DNA from: Bacillota bacterium
GTDB taxonomy: Bacteria > Bacillota > JAAYKD01
Direction: 5' to 3'
Assembly (NCBI GenBank): GCA_963666425.2
Contig: OY762825.2
Location: forward strand, 2,336,001-2,400,000
DNA: 64,000 bases
Below the pieces are notes generated by a model, which was not told the origin of the DNA, ran no database searches, and saw only the letters and a list, made by a program, of their open reading frames with translations. Below are positions 27,280-35,945 of the stretch, piece after piece. Each line of letters begins with the position of its first letter. The stretch's first letter is position 1. The position numbers were made by a program, and so were the translations under genes.

Positions 27280-29010
27280 ATGAAGAACGAAAGAAATAAG
27301 AATCGGAACAGTACACCAAAGCCTGCACCGACATACAGAAAACCAGCCTCCACCGACAAACGAAGCGGTGTAAGTTATGGTGACAAGTATCAAAGTGCAA
27401 ATTCCGCTGTGAAACGCAGCGAAGATAGTTTTGAGAAAAGGCCATTTGGTGCAAAGCAAGCGGATCCCCGTACTGAAGGTGGCTATGTAAAGAAGAGTTA
27501 TGGCGATCACCAAGCTGCTGCTCCGCGCAGCGAAGATGGTTACGCCAAGAAAACTTATGGTGAGAAGCCAGCTACCTCACGCAGTGAGGGGGCTTATGCC
27601 AAGAAACCCTATGGTGATCGACCGACTGCTCCGCGCAGCGAAGGTGGTTACGCCAAGAAGCCTTACGGTGAAAAGCCAACGGCCCCGCGCAGCGAAGGCG
27701 GTTACGCCAAGAAGACTTATGGCGATCGTCCGGCTGCCCCGCGCAGCGAAGGCGGTTACGCCAAGAAGCCTTACGGTGAAAAGCCAACGGCTCCGCGCAG
27801 TGAAGATGGTTACGCCAAGAAACCATATGGCGAAAGGCCAACAACCCTACACAGCGAAGACGATTACGCCAAGAAACCTTACGGAGAAAGGCCAACTACC
27901 TTACGCAGCGAAGACGATTACGTCAAGAAACCTTACGGTGAAAGGCCAACTGCTCCGCGCAGCGGAGACGGTTACGCCAAGAAGCCATACGGCAAAAGGT
28001 CAACTGCTCCGCGCAGCGAAGGCGCATACATCAAGAAACCTTATGGCGAAAAACCAACTGCTCCGCGCAGCGAAAATGACGAGTTGGATCACAAGGAAAC
28101 GGCTCGCCCTGAGCGGGTACGCAAACTCTACCCTGTGCGCGTGCAGCCAAAGAAACTCATCCGGCAAGCCCAGCCCGCGCTGCAACCGGAAATGCCGCTC
28201 AGCACAGACTGGCAGGACGTAGCAGGCTGGTATAATTCCTTGGTTGGTCAGCAGGGCAGTGAGTATCACCAAAGAGTCATCCTGCCCGGAGTCGAACGGA
28301 TGCTGAAAGAAACCGGCAGTAGTTTTGAAGAAACGAAAATACTGGATTTGGCTTGCGGACAGGGTGTTTTATGCCGCCGTTTGGCCGGCGCCGGCGCCAG
28401 AGTAACCGGTGTTGATTTAGCGGCAGATATGTTGGAATTGGCTAAAACCTACCAACGGGAAGGCGTCAAGCAAGTCACTTATTTGCAGGGCGATGCCACT
28501 AACTTAATCGATGAAAACGGTCATCTGCGTTTGGGACTGCAGCCCGGCAGCTTTGATGCCGTGACCAGTGTGCTTTCCATTCAGAATATGAGCCCCTTGA
28601 GCGGTGTATGGCAGGCAGCCTATCAACTGCTCAAACCGGGCGGTGCTTTAATTGTGGTGATGATGCATCCCTGTTTCCGGATCCCGCAGCGCAGCGACTG
28701 GCAGTGGCAGCAGAAAGATCAGCGTCAGGTCCGCACGCTCTGGAGTTATCTCAGCAGTGAAGAAATGCGGATCAGCGCTCATCCGGGTAAAGAAGCCGCC
28801 GGAGAAGAAAGCGCCAGTACGATTCATTTCCATCGTCCGCTGCAGGCTTATATCAATACTTTAGGTAATGCCGGTTTGTTGGTGGAGCACTGTGAAGAAT
28901 GGGTCAGCCATAAAAAGGAACAGGAAAGCGCTAAAAAAACGGCTTTGGACCTTGCTCGCAGCGAATTCCCCATGTTTTTGGCATTAAAATGCCGTAAAAT
29001 CGGGGTATAA
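27280..29010 (+). CDS. Class I SAM methyltransferase with a long N-terminal tandem-repeat region
   Basis: ILDLACGQG motif I, VTGVDLA, FDAVTS, LLKPGG; N-terminal 18-aa repeats. Confidence 0.88.
   Translation: MKNERNKNRNSTPKPAPTYRKPASTDKRSGVSYGDKYQSANSAVKRSEDSFEKRPFGAKQADPRTEGGYVKKSYGDHQAAAPRSEDGYAKKTYGEKPATSRSEGAYAKKPYGDRPTAPRSEGGYAKKPYGEKPTAPRSEGGYAKKTYGDRPAAPRSEGGYAKKPYGEKPTAPRSEDGYAKKPYGERPTTLHSEDDYAKKPYGERPTTLRSEDDYVKKPYGERPTAPRSGDGYAKKPYGKRSTAPRSEGAYIKKPYGEKPTAPRSENDELDHKETARPERVRKLYPVRVQPKKLIRQAQPALQPEMPLSTDWQDVAGWYNSLVGQQGSEYHQRVILPGVERMLKETGSSFEETKILDLACGQGVLCRRLAGAGARVTGVDLAADMLELAKTYQREGVKQVTYLQGDATNLIDENGHLRLGLQPGSFDAVTSVLSIQNMSPLSGVWQAAYQLLKPGGALIVVMMHPCFRIPQRSDWQWQQKDQRQVRTLWSYLSSEEMRISAHPGKEAAGEESASTIHFHRPLQAYINTLGNAGLLVEHCEEWVSHKKEQESAKKTALDLARSEFPMFLALKCRKIGV
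27415..28074 (+). repeat. About 12 tandem 54-bp (18-aa) repeats RSEGGYAKKPYGEKPTAP
   Basis: Visible in both DNA and translation. Confidence 0.93.
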
Positions 29011-29015
29011 TCATC

Positions 29016-29501
29016 TTGAGCGGCAACGAGAAACCCATGCAGTCAGTGACAGTCGATCAGGATTTAATCTACCGAGGTTCGTTGGGACGTTGCGTTACTG
29101 CAATCGGAGTCGACTATGTTTCGGTTGCTCGCGTAGCCGCGGCCTTAATGAAATTACAGGAGAAATTCGCAAAAGCCGTCTTGACTGAAGCCGAATGGAA
29201 GACTTGGCAGGACGACGGTTTGCTTTTGTCAGCAGAGCATCTGGCGGGCCGCTGGGCAGCTAAGGAAGCGGTGGCGAAAACCCTAGGCAGCGGCTTTATT
29301 CAAGGCATAACCTGGAAGAATATTGAGATACATCATGACGTAGCCGGTGCGCCGCAGGTGGTTCTCAACGGAGCCGCTGCACAACTGGCAGAGGAAAAAG
29401 GCATTACACAGTGGCTGATCAGCATCAGCCATGATAAGGAAATGGCTGTCGCTTTTGTTGAAGCCCTGGCTGAACCGCAGAACAGCAGCCGGCTTTTCTA
29501 G
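29016..29501 (+). CDS. acpS: Holo-[acyl-carrier-protein] synthase
   Basis: IGVDYV, LAGRWAAKEAVAK, GAPQV, ISISHD; start uncertain (29016/29037). Confidence 0.93.
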   Translation: MSGNEKPMQSVTVDQDLIYRGSLGRCVTAIGVDYVSVARVAAALMKLQEKFAKAVLTEAEWKTWQDDGLLLSAEHLAGRWAAKEAVAKTLGSGFIQGITWKNIEIHHDVAGAPQVVLNGAAAQLAEEKGITQWLISISHDKEMAVAFVEALAEPQNSSRLF

Positions 29502-29524
29502 AACAGCCGAAGGAGGCGGGTTCG

Positions 29525-30646
29525 ATGCGGCCAACTTGGGCAGAAATCGATTTGGTTGCTTTAGCCCATAATGTCATCAGAGTCAGATCGTTGCTGCCAA
29601 AGCATTGCCAATTGATGGCGGTGATCAAGGCGGATGCCTACGGGCACGGGGCGCTGCAGGTCGCGTATGGCGCCCTGGCAGCCGGAGCCGATCTGTTCGG
29701 CGTAGCTACCGTAGAAGAAGCGATCTTGCTGCGGCATGGCGGTATCAAGGCACCGATACTGGTGCTCGGTTACGTCGCGCCGGAAGCGGCTTGGCAGGTG
29801 GCGCGCGATGATATTACGGCCTGCGTTTTTTCGCTCGAATTAGCGAATAAACTGCAGGATGCGGCCTCCGCCGCCGGTAAAATCATTCCGGTTCATCTAA
29901 AAGTGGATACCGGCATGAGACGTATCGGCGTTGAGGACAATGCCGATGGCGTCGCCTTCGCTGTGCAATTGAGTAAATATCCGAATTTACAGCTGCAGGG
30001 TTTGTTCAGTCATTTTGCAGCGGCAGAAGAAGAAGATGCTGCACCTGCTTTGCGGCAGCTGCAGCGCTTTCAAGACTTCGCTGCTGCTCTCACAGCAGCC
30101 GGAGTGATAATCCCGGTTTTGCATATCGCCAATACAGCGGCGATTTTCCGTTTCCCGCAAAGTCATTACGATCTGGTCCGCCTTGGCGTTGGCATGTACG
30201 GCGCTTATCCGTCCAATTTTATCCCGCATCCCTTCCCGCTGGAACCGGTAATGACCTTAAAGAGTCATGTTATTCTGCTGAAAAAAATCGCGGTCGGAAC
30301 GTCGGTCAGCTATAACGGGATTTGGCAGGCAAAGCAAGAGACTTTAATTGGCACCTTGCCCATTGGCTATGCCGACGGATTGGCCAGAAGCTTCAGCAAC
30401 TGTGGTCAGGTCGCCATTCGCGGCCAGCTGGCTCCGATTATCGGGCGGGTTTGCATGGATCAATGTATGATCGATGTCTCTCAAGTAACCGGGGTACGGG
30501 TGGGAGATGAAGCCGTCATTTTTGGCCAAGCCGATCCGGACCGCAATGCCTTGCCGGTGGCGGAAGAGGTTGGCGCCATTCCTCATGAGCTGATGGCTTG
30601 TGTCAGCAAAAGAGTACCGCGTTTTTATCGGGAGTATCTTCCTTAG
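29525..30646 (+). CDS. alr: Alanine racemase
   Basis: AVIKADAYGHG PLP-lysine, HLKVDTGM, IGYADG, GRVCMDQ. Confidence 0.97.
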   Translation: MRPTWAEIDLVALAHNVIRVRSLLPKHCQLMAVIKADAYGHGALQVAYGALAAGADLFGVATVEEAILLRHGGIKAPILVLGYVAPEAAWQVARDDITACVFSLELANKLQDAASAAGKIIPVHLKVDTGMRRIGVEDNADGVAFAVQLSKYPNLQLQGLFSHFAAAEEEDAAPALRQLQRFQDFAAALTAAGVIIPVLHIANTAAIFRFPQSHYDLVRLGVGMYGAYPSNFIPHPFPLEPVMTLKSHVILLKKIAVGTSVSYNGIWQAKQETLIGTLPIGYADGLARSFSNCGQVAIRGQLAPIIGRVCMDQCMIDVSQVTGVRVGDEAVIFGQADPDRNALPVAEEVGAIPHELMACVSKRVPRFYREYLP

Positions 30647-30824
30647 CAGCCAGCAAGCCCGAATCAAAGTGTGGCAAAAAAACCGTTTCTGTAAGAGAAA
30701 ACGGTTTTTTTATTTTGTCAGCCGGCTGAATCGAGCAAAAAGAAGGAATTAATCGCAAGCAGAGCGTATTTTAGAAAAGAAAATGAGGTTGAGAAAATCT
30801 CAAAACACAGAGGAGGACTATTTC

Positions 30825-31532
30825 ATGAAGAAACCACTGATTGGCGTAACAATCAATTTTGATGAAAGTACATTCGTTTACAGCGTCAACCAAACCTATG
30901 TCAAATCGGTATCCAAAGCGGGTGGAATTCCTGTTCTGATCAGTTATACCAATGAAGACGATGTGGATGCGCTGGCGAAAAGACTGGATGGTTTTGTATT
31001 CACCGGTGGCCCCGATATGGATCCTGCTTTCTTTGGCGAAGAACCGGTTCCGGGCATTGGCGGTATCAATCCCACCCGTGATTCTTATGAAATGAAACTG
31101 GCTGCTGCTGTGATGAAAACCGGCAAACCGATCCTGGCAATCTGCCGCGGCTGCCAACTCTTAAACGTTGCTTGCGGCGGAACGCTGATTCAGGATATCT
31201 ACAGCCAATATAAAGCGGATAATTTGATTAAGCATGTGCAGGTAGCGCCAAGATGGCATACCTCTCATTCTGTCAACTTAATGCCCAACACCCAGTTTGC
31301 AGAGATTTTCCCGGGCAAGACAGTGATCAAAGTCAATTCCTACCATCATCAGGCCATCAAAAAATTGGCACCCGGCTGGATTCTCGCCGCCCAGGCGCCT
31401 GATGGCATTATCGAAGCTGCTGAAGCCAGCAATTATCCGTTCCTGTTGGCAACCCAGTGGCATCCGGAATGCTTCTTTGAATTTACAAATTTCGATTTGT
31501 TGTTCAAGAAGTTTGTCAAAGCCTGCAAATAA
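30825..31532 (+). CDS. Gamma-glutamyl-GABA hydrolase family (peptidase C26, PuuD-like)
   Basis: FTGGPD, AICRGCQLLNV, VNSYHHQ, QWHPE. Confidence 0.92.
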   Translation: MKKPLIGVTINFDESTFVYSVNQTYVKSVSKAGGIPVLISYTNEDDVDALAKRLDGFVFTGGPDMDPAFFGEEPVPGIGGINPTRDSYEMKLAAAVMKTGKPILAICRGCQLLNVACGGTLIQDIYSQYKADNLIKHVQVAPRWHTSHSVNLMPNTQFAEIFPGKTVIKVNSYHHQAIKKLAPGWILAAQAPDGIIEAAEASNYPFLLATQWHPECFFEFTNFDLLFKKFVKACK

Positions 31533-32632
31533 TGAGCATAACAAAGCGTCCCCGCGCCCGTGACGTGGGGATTTCTTTCGGGTTTTTACCGACCGGAGCC
31601 AACAACGCCATAACGGATGTGGCGGGTGTGCAGGTGGGACATTGTACGCTGATTGCAGGCGAAGGGGTGCGTAAACCCGGTATCGGCCCGATCCGGACCG
31701 GTGTGACGGCAATCCTGCCGCATACCGGCGATTTATTTGAAGATAAGGTAGCCGGTGTGGTGCATGTGATCAACGGCTTTGGCAAAGCGATGGGGATCGC
31801 TCAGGTGCAGGAGCTGGGGACGATTGAAACACCGATCTTACTGACCAATACACTGAATGTGGGTTTAGCGGCGGATGCGCTGATCAGCTGGATGATCGAG
31901 CATAACCCTTCCATCCTCTCTCTCAATCCATTGGTGGGCGAATGCAATGACAGCAGCCTGAATGATATCCAGGGCCGTCATGTGCACAAGGAGCATGTTT
32001 ACGAAGCTTTGAACAACGCGCAGAGCGGTTTGGTGACAGAGGGAGTGGTTGGCGGCGGTACCGGCATGAGTGCGCTTGGTTTCAAAGGCGGCATCGGCAC
32101 CTCCTCCCGCGTCTTGCCGGAGAATATGGGCGGTTTTACCGTTGGGGTTTTGGTTATGGCGAATTTTGGCCGCAGGCAGGACCTGATCATTGCCGGTGTG
32201 CCGGTGGGTAAAGAATTGATCAACTGGCCGGAAACCGAGCATAACGGGGATGGCTCGATCATGATGGTACTGGCTACCGATGCACCGCTTTCCACCCGGC
32301 AGCTGACTCGCGTGGCCAAACGCTGTGCTTTTGGTTTATCGCGCACCGGTTCGGTCGCCTCGCATGGCAGCGGTGATTTTGTGGTGGCGTTCTCAACTGC
32401 CAATCGTCAGCCCAACAAGAGCACCAGCATTGTGCGCAATGTGCAGCGTCTGGCGGAGGATGGCCGTGTTCTGACCGGTTTGTTTGATGCAACGGTCGAG
32501 GCGACCGAAGAAGCGATCATCAATGCCTTATTTGCGGCAGAAACAACAGTCGGCTGTGACGGTTACACCCGTTACGGTTTACCAATTGAAGAAACCCTGA
32601 AAATTATGCGTCAATATGGCAGGTTATCATGA
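31532..32632 (+). CDS. dmpA: DmpA/P1 family aminopeptidase (peptidase S58)
   Basis: NAITDVAGV.VGH, RTGVTAILP, NGFGK, ECNDS, KGGIGTSSR, DG|SI autoproteolysis site, HGSGD. Confidence 0.92.
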   Translation: MSITKRPRARDVGISFGFLPTGANNAITDVAGVQVGHCTLIAGEGVRKPGIGPIRTGVTAILPHTGDLFEDKVAGVVHVINGFGKAMGIAQVQELGTIETPILLTNTLNVGLAADALISWMIEHNPSILSLNPLVGECNDSSLNDIQGRHVHKEHVYEALNNAQSGLVTEGVVGGGTGMSALGFKGGIGTSSRVLPENMGGFTVGVLVMANFGRRQDLIIAGVPVGKELINWPETEHNGDGSIMMVLATDAPLSTRQLTRVAKRCAFGLSRTGSVASHGSGDFVVAFSTANRQPNKSTSIVRNVQRLAEDGRVLTGLFDATVEATEEAIINALFAAETTVGCDGYTRYGLPIEETLKIMRQYGRLS

Positions 32633-32648
32633 AGAGGAGGATGGCAAA

Positions 32649-33665
32649 ATGTTTCGATCTGCAGAACTAGTACATGTCACGCGCGGTCCCTTGGTGGAGA
32701 GCATTCATTACGGTGATGTGGCGGTCGTCGATGCAACCGGTAAGCTGATCGCTTACGCCGGTGCGCCGAAAGAGAAAATTGCTTTTTGGCGTTCATCCGC
32801 CAAACCATTTTTGGCGGTACCTGTGGTGGAAAGCGGTGCAGTGGAACACTTCGGCCTGACCGAACAGGAAATGTCGGTCTTCTGCGCTTCTCATAACGGA
32901 GAGTTGATTCATACCGAAACGGTAGAACGGATTCTGCAAAAAATCGGACTATCTATTTCTGCACTGCAGTGCGGCACGCATGAACCGATGTATTTACCCA
33001 GAGCGAAAGCAATGCAGGAAGCCGGTATCCCGGCATCCGCCGTTCACAATAATTGTTCCGGTAAGCATTCCGGCATGCTGACATTATGCCAGCAGTTGGG
33101 TGCCGATCCATCCTATTACACCGAATTGCGCCACCCGGTGCAGCAGCTGATGCTGCAATCGGTCAGTGAGTTCACCGGGCTACCGATGGAACAAATTCCC
33201 ATCGGGATTGATGGCTGCGGCGTGCCGGTACATGGCTTATCGGTTTATAACATGGCGCTTGCTTGGGCACACCTGGCCAATCCCAGCGGTATGAGCGACA
33301 AAAGAGCGGCAGCTGTTAAACGAATTCGCACCGCGATGATGCATAATCCGCAGATGATTGCCGGGACTGGCCGGCTTTGCACGGCGCTGATGTCGGCGGC
33401 TCCCGGCCGCATTGTTGCCAAGAGCGGCGCCGAAGCTGTTTATGGTTTTGCGATTCCGGAATTGGGCTGGGGCGTTTCTTTGAAGATTGCCGACGGCATC
33501 AACCGGGGCATGAGCCCTGCCGTGATCGGCATTTTAAAACAATTGGGTGTTTTAACGAAAGAGGAATTAGCGCGGCTCGAGCCGCTGGCCAGCATCACCT
33601 TGCATAATCATCGCGGTGATGAAGTTGGCGAACTGCGTTCCGCTGTACAACTGGTCTGGATCTAG
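32649..33665 (+). CDS. L-asparaginase II (Rhizobium etli-type, class 3)
   Basis: RSSAKPF, CASHNGE, NNCSGKH, DGCGVP, AKSGAE. Confidence 0.92.
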   Translation: MFRSAELVHVTRGPLVESIHYGDVAVVDATGKLIAYAGAPKEKIAFWRSSAKPFLAVPVVESGAVEHFGLTEQEMSVFCASHNGELIHTETVERILQKIGLSISALQCGTHEPMYLPRAKAMQEAGIPASAVHNNCSGKHSGMLTLCQQLGADPSYYTELRHPVQQLMLQSVSEFTGLPMEQIPIGIDGCGVPVHGLSVYNMALAWAHLANPSGMSDKRAAAVKRIRTAMMHNPQMIAGTGRLCTALMSAAPGRIVAKSGAEAVYGFAIPELGWGVSLKIADGINRGMSPAVIGILKQLGVLTKEELARLEPLASITLHNHRGDEVGELRSAVQLVWI

Positions 33666-33760
33666 AGAATAGTAGATTTTAAATACCGAAGCATTGAGCA
33701 AAGCAACAATGTTTCGGTATTTTTTATCGGAAAGTATAGCAAAGTCCAGTAAGTGAAAGA

Positions 33761-33789
33761 TTGACATCAGTAAAGCGTAATGTTATATT
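33761..33789 (+). promoter_or_regulatory. sigA-type promoter
   Basis: TTGACA-17-TATATT with an extended TG. Confidence 0.7.
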
Positions 33790-33797
33790 AGATTTAT

Positions 33798-33887
33798 TAC
33801 AGCGAATTTTTCTTTTGGCGATTCGCCAGATAAGAGTCACGATCCATTCTATCTCTGAACGGATTGATCAGGCTACAATTCGCTGTA
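33798..33887 (+). ncRNA. Structured 5' leader (multibranch), function unknown
   Basis: Perfect 11-bp closing stem TACAGCGAATT/AATTCGCTGTA enclosing two hairpins. Confidence 0.45.
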
Positions 33888-33910
33888 TCGATGTTGGAAG
33901 GAGGAAAACG

Positions 33911-35161
33911 GTGAAGAAGAATCAACTGATCAAGGTCGGCATTGGTTTTGCGACCGGCAGAAAAAGCTTTCAAAAGGTTCTGAATACACAGATCTACAAT
34001 TGGAAGGAATCCGGTTTGGTCGACAACAAAAAAGTTGCTTTAAGCATCTTTGTCGCCTATGATCTGTCTTATAATCAAACAAAAAAAAGGGACTATATCA
34101 ATATCCAGCCGGAATTAGCAGAATATATCGACGGAGCGGTCTTTCTGGGCAAGAACGAAGTGAATCAAGAAATCGAAGCGATGATGGCAGAGAATCTGAT
34201 CAGCCGCAGTGAAGCGCGCAGTATTTTTGGCAAAGGTTATGCGGCGCAGCGGAACATTGTGCTCTACAGCGCAATCAAGCACGGCATGGATTATTTGATT
34301 TTTTTGGACGATGATGAATACCCCATTGCTGTAACCAATACGCATAACCATGCTATTTGGGGCGGTCAGGCGGTGCTGGCGGAGCATATCGCCAACATCG
34401 GCAAAGCCGACTTGACCCATGGTCATCACTGCGGCTATATTTCGCCAATTCCCTATATGCAGTACAGTCAGCAACTGACGGAGGCGAATTTCCGCATACT
34501 GATCGAAGCCATCAGCAACGATATTCTAAATTGGGATAATGTCAAAGCGGTGATGAACAACGGCGGCGTGACTTATGCGGAAACCGCTATCTTAACCAAT
34601 TCCACCTCCGTGGAAGTTGCCGAGGTAAACCATGCCAAGTTTATTTCCGGTTCAAATCTTGGCATCAATCTGAAAGAACCAGAGCGGATTTATCCTTTTT
34701 ACAATCCGCCGGGGGCGAGAGGGGAAGATACTTTTTTAAGCACCTGTCTCGCCGATCGAAAAGTCCTGAAAGTGCCGTGTTATACCTTTCATGATGGATT
34801 TTCAACTTACCGTCATTTGTTGGAAGGCGTTTTACCGCTGAAACTGAAATTCATCACAGCAGATAATCCTAAAGTGATCGAACGATTTTACAAAGCTTGT
34901 ATTGGCTGGATCCGCTATAAACCGTTGCTGCTTTATCTGACCATGCCGGAGCGTTATGATCAGAAAATTGCTGAAATGCGCCAGCAGCTGCAATCGGTTT
35001 TACCTGGGGTTTGCGCGCACTTCGGCAGACCGGAGTTCGGTAATATTTTAACCGAATTGGATAAATACGATAAAAATGTGAAGAAGCACAATCAGGAATT
35101 TCAGGAAACCCAAATTGTTTGGCAGAGGATTATGCAGCATTTTACCGAAACAAATCATTAA
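33911..35161 (+). CDS. Conserved hypothetical protein, GT-A glycosyltransferase-like
   Basis: VGIGFATGR, GYAAQRN, YLIFLDDDEYP (DxD), RGEDTF; GGAGG RBS before GTG 33911. Confidence 0.65.
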   Translation: MKKNQLIKVGIGFATGRKSFQKVLNTQIYNWKESGLVDNKKVALSIFVAYDLSYNQTKKRDYINIQPELAEYIDGAVFLGKNEVNQEIEAMMAENLISRSEARSIFGKGYAAQRNIVLYSAIKHGMDYLIFLDDDEYPIAVTNTHNHAIWGGQAVLAEHIANIGKADLTHGHHCGYISPIPYMQYSQQLTEANFRILIEAISNDILNWDNVKAVMNNGGVTYAETAILTNSTSVEVAEVNHAKFISGSNLGINLKEPERIYPFYNPPGARGEDTFLSTCLADRKVLKVPCYTFHDGFSTYRHLLEGVLPLKLKFITADNPKVIERFYKACIGWIRYKPLLLYLTMPERYDQKIAEMRQQLQSVLPGVCAHFGRPEFGNILTELDKYDKNVKKHNQEFQETQIVWQRIMQHFTETNH

Positions 35162-35163
35162 GC

Positions 35164-35212
35164 AAAAATTGAAAGCCCCTCGAATCCAGGCGATTTGAGG
35201 GGCTTTCAATTT
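35164..35212. terminator. Bidirectional terminator
   Basis: AAATTGAAAGCCCCTC...GAGGGGCTTTCAATTT. Confidence 0.8.
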
Positions 35213-35223
35213 ACCAATCTGGC

Positions 35224-35805
35224 TTAAAAAAACAAAGAAACAGCGCAATAAACCAGCATCAGCGCCAAAATGGGATTAACAATTTTGGCATGCTGCGAGA
35301 ACAGGCTGCGAAAAGCCGAACCGAAACCCGCCCAGAGCAGCGTGAAGCAGAAACCGATGAAGGCGAGCAGCAAGGCAAAGCCAAACAGGATCAACGGTCT
35401 GCCTTGATAAAAGGGCAGGATATAGGCTTCCATCGATAAAATACCGTAAAGATAGATTTTTGGATTGATGAACTGCAGCAGCAAACCGGACCAAAAGCTG
35501 CCGGCTGTCGGTTTTTCTTCGATCCGGGAGGAGCTTTGGTAGGTACTCCAAGCGAGGTAGAGCATGTAAGCGGCACCGAGCAGCAGCATCGGCAGTTTGA
35601 TCAGCGGCAGATAGGTGGAGAGCAGGCTGACAAAGGCAGTGCAGAGCAGCATCACCACGGAAAAGCCCGCCCAGATACCAAAATTGAAAAAAACGCTCTT
35701 GCGAAAACCAACCCGACCGGCATTGGACATCGACATGATATTATTCGGACCCGGTGTGAAAGCTGTAATAAAAGCATAGGTGAGAAATTGAAACCAGTTG
35801 AACAT
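35224..35805 (-). CDS. LysE/RhtB family amino-acid exporter
   Basis: FTPGPNN, GAAYMLYLAW, LQFINPK. Confidence 0.92.
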   Translation of the reverse strand: MFNWFQFLTYAFITAFTPGPNNIMSMSNAGRVGFRKSVFFNFGIWAGFSVVMLLCTAFVSLLSTYLPLIKLPMLLLGAAYMLYLAWSTYQSSSRIEEKPTAGSFWSGLLLQFINPKIYLYGILSMEAYILPFYQGRPLILFGFALLLAFIGFCFTLLWAGFGSAFRSLFSQHAKIVNPILALMLVYCAVSLFF

Positions 35806-35945
35806 AGCCGGTCCTCCGTTTTTTCTCAAAAAGCAAAACTGCAGCTGAGCCTGCAGCAAAGGTTTGTTTTAGGATCGGAATCGCAAAAAGACCGTTCTCA
35901 AATGATTGCCATCAAGAAAGAACAGCCTTTTCCATTGCAGAAGCG

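Noticed and set aside
27500-28222. 240-aa alternative-frame ORF with its own repeats
   Set aside because: Shadow of the 54-bp tandem repeat; stop-free by repetition and without an RBS.
33761-33910. 50-aa N-terminal extension of the GT-like ORF
   Set aside because: The TTG is the -35 box; the region is promoter plus structured leader, and the RBS-supported start is GTG 33911.
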